From positions 10,726,001 to 10,790,000 of the forward strand of contig JBHGNT010000008.1 of NCBI GenBank assembly GCA_043228905.1: a DNA stretch of 64,000 bases, in the 5' to 3' direction. Below the pieces are notes generated by a model, which saw only the letters and a program-made list of their open reading frames with translations, was not told the DNA's origin and did not search any database. This document shows, one piece after another, positions 50,401-57,716 of the stretch; position 1 is the first letter of the stretch, and the number at the start of each line of letters is the position of its first letter. The position numbers and the translations under genes are program-made. The stretch is from Azolla caroliniana (Eukaryota; Plantae; Polypodiophyta).

Positions 50401-52771
50401 GCTCATCGATTGGCACTTCTTCGTGTGAGTCTACATATGGTGTTAATGCTTGCAAAATATCTACCTCAAATAGAGGGATGATTTTTTGATTATCATCAAA
50501 ATACTGACTTTCTTCTTCCTCGTCCAATCCTTCCATCATATTAACTGCTTCTGCATGTACAGGTAAACTCTGTTTGCTTGTTGTCACTTTGTTGTGCGTC
50601 GGAATCCTGACCTTATTTTTTCCTTTCCTAAATGTTAGCACATTTTGTTTCCAATTTTGTTTAATATTAGCTGTCTTTAACCATGGTCTCCCTAATAACA
50701 AGGGGTATGCTCCCTGTGTTTCTAACTGCAAAATTACTGCCGAAATCTGAAAACTGTGGCCCCTGATTATTACATCCAGTTGTCGAAGCAAACCAATCGG
50801 TCGTACCGTACTTGTATTTGCCATTCGTAACCAAAACGGACATGCTTCCCATTCCGTGATTCCCAGTTTTTCACATGTAGTTTTGTTAATCACATTAACA
50901 CCCGAGCCTCCATCTATAATCACATTTCCGATTTCTTGCCCGTAAAGTATTACCTTAATCGACGGATTCTGTTCATCCATGATCGAAGGGTTATTACTTG
51001 GCTGATTGTAGTGTACTGCTATTTGTTCGGAACCTTTATATGCAATTAATGCTGCCACTTTTTCTGTAAACCTTGGTACTAACTTAAGTAAGCCTGTAAG
51101 TGGCAATGACACTTGGCAATCAGCCAACAGTTTCCAAGTTTCTTCCTGTTCCTTATTCCCCAATGAATGTTGTACAGCGATGTCCTGGTCAATGTTATTG
51201 TCTTGTAACATTCGATTCACATTACTTTGATTTGCTTCATCCACCCATTCTTTTGCCGCCTTCCGAACTTCTTCCTGAATTTCCCACTCTGATTGTTTGC
51301 TTTTGCTGCGTGTCGTTACTTGCTGAACTTCCGGTATTACCATATTAACTGCTGGACCCTTTCCTTTAACCGGACATTGATTAGCATAATGGCCTAGTTG
51401 TCGACAAATGTAACAAGAGGGCACAAATGTTGCACTGGTCTCTCCATGTGCAAATTGCCCGTTATTAAATTGCTGCTCGTCATTACCATTCGGGTTTTGT
51501 TGGTATTGACGTGTAGCTTTTGGTTTGTAAAATCTCTTGTTTTTATACCGATTCTGCCTAAATTGTTCAGTATTATCATTTGGTTGTGCTATATTGTGTG
51601 GTGTCCCGAACTCCTGATTTGGCGGAAAATTATTCTGTTGAAACATTTGATTATTTTGTGGAACGGTTTGAGTATTATGTTGAAAAGTCATATTACCCGG
51701 TTGAAATGCCGGATTTGGTTGAAATGTAGAATTCGGTTGCACATTCGGACAGTTCTGTTGGTTCTGTTGAAACCCTTGAAATGGTGGGTTACCTTGTTGG
51801 AAACTTTGATTATTTTGTTGAAAATATTGATTCGGATTCTGTACGAATGGTGGGTTGGATTGAGCAAAACCTGGTTGATATGCTTGAGTCAGTTGAGTGG
51901 GTTGCATATTTTGTTGTGAAAAGATCTGATTTGGCTGTAGAACCGGATTCTGTTGTACATTTTGCTGATTTTGTGAAAAATTATTATTTTGATAACCATT
52001 GAACAGATTAGTGTTATTTTGGTAACCATTGTCAGCAAAAATTTGTCGTACTGACGCCGTAGTCTTATTAAGCAGATTATATTCACATTGTTCTACGGAA
52101 TGTAATTTTGAATGACATATTGTACAATGTGTTCTTAACGTACAGTCAATTGCTGAATGCCCCGTATTTAAACAAGTGGTGCATTGAACTGCTTGTCGAA
52201 ATTGTAACTCCTCCATTGTTGGTAATGTACGGTGTAATGCCGACATGTCCATACTCTGAACATTGACCGGTGGACGACCCATTTCTATTGCTTTATCAAT
52301 GACTTGTTTGATAGTCTGATTTCGAAAATCGAACACTTTCAATGTCGTCCTTAATGGTTCTTTTACAGCTTCTAGAAAGACTTCTTTTAATTCCTTATCC
52401 GGAATCGGCCTTGAAATCTGAAGCTGTAAGTTCTGAAATCGTATCACAAACTGAGATACTGTTTCATTTTTTTCTTGATATAACGCATAAAATTGCGCAA
52501 TCAAATCCTTCTGCGGAATTTGTTGATGAAATAATTGTAAAAATTTACTAGTTAATACTTCAAAGGATGGAAATCCTTGAAGACCGTTCTGTGCAAACCA
52601 ATTAGCGGAATATCCGTCTAATGATAAGACGAACTCAGCGATTTTTGACTTATCTTCGGCATGTGCCGACAATCGCTGAGCTCCATGGTTAATCTCCCAT
52701 GTCGTTAAGAAATCCCTAACATGTGCTTCCGCATCTGTTCCTTCCCGGAACTTAGAATAAGTATAAGGCAT
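47471..52771 (-). CDS. Gypsy N gag-pol polyprotein, 1766 aa uninterrupted
   Basis: Three CX2CX4HX4C knuckles; PR IIDGGSGVN; RT VFLDDF; RH FVDASD; integrase HH-CC, DDE core and GPx motif; ends KWVNGFRLKPY. The frame extends upstream past one TAG (52877-52879) to an ATG at 52972. Confidence 0.96.
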   Translation of the reverse strand: MPYTYSKFREGTDAEAHVRDFLTTWEINHGAQRLSAHAEDKSKIAEFVLSLDGYSANWFAQNGLQGFPSFEVLTSKFLQLFHQQIPQKDLIAQFYALYQEKNETVSQFVIRFQNLQLQISRPIPDKELKEVFLEAVKEPLRTTLKVFDFRNQTIKQVIDKAIEMGRPPVNVQSMDMSALHRTLPTMEELQFRQAVQCTTCLNTGHSAIDCTLRTHCTICHSKLHSVEQCEYNLLNKTTASVRQIFADNGYQNNTNLFNGYQNNNFSQNQQNVQQNPVLQPNQIFSQQNMQPTQLTQAYQPGFAQSNPPFVQNPNQYFQQNNQSFQQGNPPFQGFQQNQQNCPNVQPNSTFQPNPAFQPGNMTFQHNTQTVPQNNQMFQQNNFPPNQEFGTPHNIAQPNDNTEQFRQNRYKNKRFYKPKATRQYQQNPNGNDEQQFNNGQFAHGETSATFVPSCYICRQLGHYANQCPVKGKGPAVNMVIPEVQQVTTRSKSKQSEWEIQEEVRKAAKEWVDEANQSNVNRMLQDNNIDQDIAVQHSLGNKEQEETWKLLADCQVSLPLTGLLKLVPRFTEKVAALIAYKGSEQIAVHYNQPSNNPSIMDEQNPSIKVILYGQEIGNVIIDGGSGVNVINKTTCEKLGITEWEACPFWLRMANTSTVRPIGLLRQLDVIIRGHSFQISAVILQLETQGAYPLLLGRPWLKTANIKQNWKQNVLTFRKGKNKVRIPTHNKVTTSKQSLPVHAEAVNMMEGLDEEEESQYFDDNQKIIPLFEVDILQALTPYVDSHEEVPIDEQTMKEIRMQQEATDKEMKVSQRVQASALEEIDLAGVEDAERKTVLIARDLTINDKRTLTTLLLRYKDVFAWSFDDMKGLDPAFCQHQINLHKDAKPVQQRRYRLNPNYAIKVKEEIDKLLKVGFIRPVKKSTWLSPIVVVPKKNRKIRVCVDYRKLNAATITDAFPLPFTDGILDAVAGHEIYSFLDGFSGYNQVRMNPEDQEKTAFVTKWGVFVAEVMMFGLKTAPATFQRVIQEIFGEYIPAFMQVFLDDFAVYSRKADHFEHLRLCLEKCRKGRLSLNPAKCAFGVMSGTLLGHIVSQEGIAVDPDKVKAIIEATPPTNAKALSRFLGQIRWHSRMMRYLADIAIPLHTAVHKVPFIWTSIEQDAYECLKKMLTKVPVVQPPDWNKPFHVFVDASDIAIGSALMQLSEPNWYRPVYYASRKLSSAKRNYSTTEREALGMIYSVNKFRHYLLGKKFTFHVDHSALLYLVSKQELTGKLARWTLLLQEFEFDIIHRPGAQHAIADYLSRLESGEEAVGVKDDFPDTQLFRVEAVKAHEVNEEKEDEWISEMTIFLSTGIPAEHMSTDERKRIAVRSRNFCLFNDMLYHKGADGIWRRAVRKFEKSAILTESHCGIAGGHYAGEATARKIWNSGLWWPTVMKDANEYCKKCDLCQRMGQPTEKDRMPFQPVLPLEPFQKWGLDFVGPFKPAAARTGNRYIIIATDYCTKWVEAKALRDNTAASTAKFLYENIWCRFGCPIELVSDQGTHFINKLINELTNYYAVVHKKSTPYYPQANGLAESTNKTIQTILKKIVNENRTDWDQKLNSALWAYRTSYKTSIKSTPFRMAFGLEAVMPIEFQIPTLQIQATNKLNEIESEQIRKEALLVLEEERIQSMSALEHKQRQIKAFVNRHRRKSEEQFEIGKPVLVFQTRMGLMPGKLRYRWTGPVWIINSKNGTYQLGSLTGEVLPKWVNGFRLKPYLGDMPVNPFIQTEE

Positions 52772-53007
52772 ATCGTCCCAAATGTCGTAAAACGATACCT
52801 CTTCCGTCTGTTTTTCGTCTGAAGGTAATTGATCGGATAAGTCAGGAAGTTTCGACCACTTTGTGCTTGATTCCAGCTATTCTTGCGCAATGAACGCTTG
52901 CTGCACTACCTTTGTAACTGACCTTGTACGAGGCCGCTTACAACTGACCGGTGCCTCCTCTTCATACGACATCCATTCGAATTGTTCTCTGCTGAATTGC
53001 AGATGTA

Positions 53008-53020
53008 ACCGGGCGTGCCA
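53008..53020 (-). promoter_or_regulatory. PBS of gypsy N, TGGCACGCCCGGT, probably tRNA-Arg(UCU)
   Basis: Starts TGG 11 nt inside the 5' LTR. 13-nt complement of the recalled plant tRNA-Arg(UCU) 3' end ...CCCACCGGGCGTGCCA. Confidence 0.75.
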
Positions 53021-53031
53021 AAATTCTTCTG

Positions 53032-53489
53032 TGTTAATCGGCTAATTACTAACTACTACCGATATAGAAGAGTGAACGTCGCTACTCAACGTTCTAACAA
53101 GGAATTGTGTTTTACGAACGGAATTATACTATATTAATCGGTAATTACCGTTATCGTTATTTAGTTATAAATTAGGAAGCTTGCACTTAAGATCATAGAC
53201 AATAGAAGGAACACAGAATTCGTACAAGATACTCCTAACTTAAACTTATATTACTAAATAGAACGACGTTTCTTACAATGCCTTCGGTTCCCTTTTATAG
53301 GTATACCGAAGGTCTTTTCTCATCAAGAACTATTCCTACTTACTATCAAGATTTACAAAATTATCTAACTAACTTAGTTCTCTTCGTTTTACTGCTGAGT
53401 CATTGATCCGAACAGTCGATCCGAACCGACTCTGTTTTCGACGCTTTCCCACTTGTTCGGTAAAACTGACTGTCCGGGTCCGGGTAACA
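53032..53489 (-). repeat. 5' LTR of gypsy N
   Basis: Near-identical to 44109-44566; CCTATAAAAGGG TATA-like box on the minus strand. Confidence 0.97.
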
Positions 53490-53968
53490 TTGTTCTCATG
53501 ACCTGTTAGGGTTTGCTTTCAAGCGTTTGTCGGTTGCAGAGGTTCTCAACCCTCGCACTCTGATACCATGTAAAAGATTACTTGCAGAAGCGTTAGAAAA
53601 CAAAGAAAGCAGAGAATACACAAAGTACACAGGAGAGACAGAGAGAACAGAACGTAAAAGCTATATTCAAAACAATATAAACACTCTCTCTGCGTACAAC
53701 TATGCTCAGTAGCACTATTTATACAAGTCCTCATGGGACTGACAAAAGTGCCGCGTACTTTAATGCTCACATGAGCATCTTACACTTACTACGAGACTAT
53801 AACTGCCTAGTAGTCTAATCTAATACTAGGCTTCCGGTTACGGATTGGATCTAGCTAACCGGCTCTGTTTCTTGCCGGCTCGGTTGCTAACCGGCTTACC
53901 GATCCATCTCGCTCACTGGCTCAGGCTTATCCAGCCAATCTGGCTCCAGTTGAGCTTGCCGCTCAACA

Positions 53969-54140
53969 CAGATTGCTTTCGATGACAACCATTTATCAAG
54001 TACACTGTCATTTGCAATACCTCATGCCAGAACTCCAGCTTTGCTTTGGCTTGTTGGAGAATTGTCGTCACCCTCTCTTGAATGGTCCGGTTCATTGGTT
54101 TTGCTACAACATTCTATATTGGGGTGTAGGGAATGTGCCA
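53969..54140 (-). mobile_element. Small copia integrase fragment
   Basis: MNRTIQERVTTILQQAK...FWHEVLQMTVYLIN. Confidence 0.7.
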
Positions 54141-54265
54141 GACATGGTGCAGATCATATTGTCATTTGACAATTTAATTAGGACCTTGCCAATTCTGTCA
54201 ATTTTGCATTCCTGCCCATTCACTTATCACACTTATCAATTACCCGTACATCTCGTACGGTAACA

Positions 54266-55618
54266 CCTAGAGAAGAATTCTCTAGCTTCCTTCGCGTCCA
54301 ACTCGCCTCTATCAGCCACTATCTTGTCGACGCATCCATATTTGCAAATAACATCTTCAAGAAGGAATCTGCATACTGATGATGCCTCCTTATTTCTCAA
54401 TGCTCACCCTTCAACTTGATTGGTAAGATCCTCTCTCGCGAGCACAAGAGAAGTCTCACCGGAGTCCCATTCTTCTTTTATGCATGCCTCCAAAGAGATC
54501 CATTCTTAAGGAAATACTTGTACACCTTCTTCCGAATTCGGTGGAAGTCTTCAATTGACCATGATTCATCTTTTTGGAGAGAACTCAAGTATTTCCCGAT
54601 CTCCACGAATTCGACTTCGTCGTCCACTTCTATGAAAGTAGCCAGCACCCGAATGTAGGAACTTGTAAAGAAATCCAAGCCAACATCCTCTTCATCATAA
54701 TGTTGATCTTCTTCTCCATTGTATCTTGCTCGTGATAGCATGTCTGCAACGACATTACGCTTCCTAGCTACATGACGGATCTCCAGGTTGACTGATTTGA
54801 TATATGCAATCCAACGTAGCATGACAATATCTGGTGTATTACAACCAAATATCATACCCAAGATTGGTAGGCAATATGTCTCGATTATGACTTCTGCCCT
54901 AATAAGGTAGTCACGATCAAACTTGATCGCCGATATGATTCCCCATAGCTCCCTCTTCACTTGGGCATACCTTCTTTGCCTATCACTTAACACTTTTGTG
55001 CCAAACCGAATTGCAGATCGGGTGCAATCTTTGTCTTCTTGGTTGATAACCCATCCAATTCCAGTCGGACTAGTATCCACGGTCATGAAAATGGATTTGT
55101 CGTTTGAATAGTCTGCCTTCTTTAATGCAAGTGCCTCCATCAATAATTTCTTCAGTCTTTGGATGGCGAAATTATGCTCCCTTGTCCATTCGAACCTCCG
55201 CTTCTTCTTTAGTAGACTGTAGTGGTGGCTCAGCAATGTGGGCGTAGTGTGGAATCCAAATGTGATAAAACATGCATGCTCCAAGGAACCTTTGAACCTC
55301 CGTTTGGGTTATGCATTCTTCTTTCATGTCATGGATCGCATTCACCTTGGATGGCGAAGGCTTCCGACCGTATGCTCCACACAAGTGACCTACCACCAAG
55401 ATCTCTGGTTGCCCGAATGTGGATTTTTCTCTCGAAAATGTCAAATTTGCATCTTTGAGCCTTTGGAGAACCTTCACATTCTCACAATCTTTCATATGAT
55501 CCATGGCGAACTTTCTGCATCCATCCTTTTCCTCATCCGAACATCCTTTTCTCGGAATGTCATCCAAGAATGGCATCGTGATGCCCAGGATGCAATCCTT
55601 CAAGACCTTGTTCATGGT
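54266..55618 (-). mobile_element. Decayed Ty3/gypsy RT-RH-INT fragment of a lineage different from N
   Basis: MPFLDDIPRKGC...EVQRFLGACMFYHIWIPHYA; RH TVDTSPTGIGW...YAQVKRELWG; INT CKYGCVDKIVADRGE; frameshifts and deletions. Confidence 0.88.
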
Positions 55619-55945
55619 TGTTGAGAATCAAGCTCAACTTGGTCTAGTGTGTGAACTTACCTTGAGAGTGAATCGACACTCCAACGGTCAAGAGTCACCA
55701 TTAAGTCACCACTTTGTATTCTAGCATTTAGTATGAGTCATAGAATCATATTCTATGACACATAACTTATGAGCTTTCACATTCCCCATGCTCCATGAGT
55801 CTTGTAGTTAATGAAGAGAGAGGGTGACTATATAAAGCACCCTCCTCCCACCTTGTATGATATTGAGTCTTTCTCTTTTGTTAATATACTTTTACCTTGC
55901 ATATTCTCTATGTCTTATTCCTTGTCTCTCTCACTCACTCTCTCT

Positions 55946-57716
55946 CTCTAGATGACCTACAAAAGCATCTTAATGCCCTAGATGACTTTTGTACACAACG
56001 AGGACTGGTAGTGAATCTAGCGAAAACTAAAGTCCTTATCTTTCATACATCGTCCAGAGTTAGGAGTAAATGTCACCTCATCCTCTCTCATAAACTAGTT
56101 GAGGTGGTGGGATCTTATGTATACTTGGGAGTCACTTTTAGTGCTCGCTCAGGTAAATTCTCGATGACCCAGGCAGCCAAAGATAGGCTAACGAGAGGAT
56201 ATGCATCCCTCTCACTCTTAGAGAGACAATGCCACCAAGCATACTTTCAAGAGCCACGGACTAAGGGATGGCTTTTCGACTCATTAGTGACCCCGTCCCT
56301 CATGTATGCATCAGTAGTATGGGCTCCAGGTCTACCATCTTTCATGTGGACGCAATTGGAGAGACCTTTAGTGGTGATGTTATCACGTCAACTCCGAAGC
56401 AAATCGACAGTACCACATGACATTATTAGAGCGGAGTTTAGCCTACCCCCGATGTTAGTAGAAGCACTCTTTCAAGTGGTAGCTTTTATTCATTGGATAC
56501 ATAGTCAACCACAAGATAGGATATCCCGTCGAGCCTTTGAGGCATCCCGATCCTTACATGTGTCTGGAGACACCAACTCTTGGTATAGCATTGTGGTGAG
56601 TTGGTTATTTGCAAATGGCATAGACATTAATAACCTACCTCCCCTTAAGTACAACCATGGGACTGATCAAACTTTAATCTCTCGTGAAGATCGTAATAAA
56701 GTGATACGCCAAGAAATATGGCAAATCTACACTCGATACAAATGGATCACCCCACGAGAGCCACTCCCATCTAAAATGGTGTACTATAAGGAACACTTCT
56801 TGCACTTCTCTAAGTTACGGTTTATTACACGACCAAGATACCTAGATACTTTCTTATCAAATGCACTAAGGGTGGCCATTGGACAACTTAGGATATCATC
56901 TCACCAACTTGAGATTGAGAATGGTCGAGCTAATAGAGTCCCTAGAGAGGAAAGGCTATGTAGGTTATGCCACATAGAGATAGAGGATGAGTATCACTTC
57001 ACATGCAAGTGCCCAACTTATGCCGAGATACGGGCGGAATACCAAGACATACTAGGACCCTCTCCTACCCTCTCCAAACTATTAGATACCCCGAGTGTAA
57101 AGAGACTAGGTAGGTATATCTTAGAGCTAAAACAACATAGGGAGGATAAATTACAAAGTGTTAATCATAACCCTTTTACTACTCATCAACATGTACCTAG
57201 TGTAATTTTTCAGGAACATGGGGAGACGATGAATGTGGATACACTTATGCCGCTCGGCCTCTCCCTTGAGGAAGCAGAAATACAAAGAGCAACCAAACGT
57301 CCTCGGATGTTGGGCTTCAACACAAGTCAACGTGGAGTAGAAAAGATTAAGAAGATAAGGGAACGTGAGCTACGTCGACTCGAAGCTATGGTTGGGGTAC
57401 CTCTTACATGGGGATCACGGGCCACATCCACATCATGGCAACCCTTTGACCCCCCGCTTCTCTTCGAGAGACTTGGATGGAAATGAAATTAGGCCTAGTA
57501 TAGAATCATTCTCATTGTAGAACATGTTTTTTATATAGAACATGTTTGTTGTTTTCTTAGAACTATTTAGCTTAAACTCTATTTTATCTTATTTTTATTT
57601 TTACTTTCGATGAATGGGTAAATATCCCATTTTTGTTGTACACCATTTGTCTCATGGGCCAATTTTGGCCTTAGAAGACGTTAATATATCTTTCTTTCTT
57701 TCTTTCTTTCTTCTTT
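55946..57716 (+). mobile_element. 5'-truncated non-LTR retrotransposon (RTEX-like) with a (TTTC)n tail
   Basis: RT C-terminal motifs VNLAKTKVLIF and YVYLGVTF; LRISSHQLEIENGR...REERLCRLC..EIEDEYHF...C zinc finger; 3' UTR then (TTTC)n at 57689-57716; sits in the LTR (CT)n tract. Confidence 0.9.
55948..57486 (+). CDS. LINE ORF2 C-terminal part (RT thumb, CCHC finger, tail); open but lacking the endonuclease and catalytic YxDD
   Basis: About 512 codons without a stop. The ORF-track start at 55897 is a TTG in LTR sequence. Confidence 0.8.
   Translation, partial: LDDLQKHLNALDDFCTQRGLVVNLAKTKVLIFHTSSRVRSKCHLILSHKLVEVVGSYVYLGVTFSARSGKFSMTQAAKDRLTRGYASLSLLERQCHQAYFQEPRTKGWLFDSLVTPSLMYASVVWAPGLPSFMWTQLERPLVVMLSRQLRSKSTVPHDIIRAEFSLPPMLVEALFQVVAFIHWIHSQPQDRISRRAFEASRSLHVSGDTNSWYSIVVSWLFANGIDINNLPPLKYNHGTDQTLISREDRNKVIRQEIWQIYTRYKWITPREPLPSKMVYYKEHFLHFSKLRFITRPRYLDTFLSNALRVAIGQLRISSHQLEIENGRANRVPREERLCRLCHIEIEDEYHFTCKCPTYAEIRAEYQDILGPSPTLSKLLDTPSVKRLGRYILELKQHREDKLQSVNHNPFTTHQHVPSVIFQEHGETMNVDTLMPLGLSLEEAEIQRATKRPRMLGFNTSQRGVEKIKKIRERELRRLEAMVGVPLTWGSRATSTSWQPFDPPLLFERLGWK

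Larger units (their letters stand above)
44109..53489 (-). mobile_element. Young full-length Ty3/gypsy element N (9381 bp), non-chromoviral, Athila-like pol, with an extra 3' ORF
   Basis: 458-bp TG..CA LTRs with 4 mismatches. TSD TTGTT at 44104-44108 and 53490-53494. Order gag-PR-RT-RH-INT. No chromodomain or second RNase H seen. Confidence 0.97.
38783..53968 (-). mobile_element. Copia element M (B-related): partial 3' LTR 38783-39028, internal 39029-44108 and 53490-53568, 5' LTR 53569-53968; interrupted by gypsy N in its leader
   Basis: LTR copies align at a constant offset of 14940. PBS at 53557-53568, PPT at 39029-39040. Gag MDRGMASSLPVEKLDRS, PR WYLDSGAS, INT, RT (40348-41379), RH; frameshifted. 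Confidence 0.92.

Noticed and set aside
47471-52771. Assignment to Tat/Ogre because of the Arg PBS
   Set aside because: No additional archaeal-type RNase H domain is seen in pol; lineage left as Athila-like non-chromovirus.
54150-54265. Possible LTR fragment ending CGGTAACA
   Set aside because: Only one plausible terminus; no partner, TSD, PBS or PPT.
55897-55947. Hydrophobic signal-peptide-like start of the 529-aa ORF
   Set aside because: It is LTR (CT)-rich sequence read from a TTG; not part of the LINE protein.
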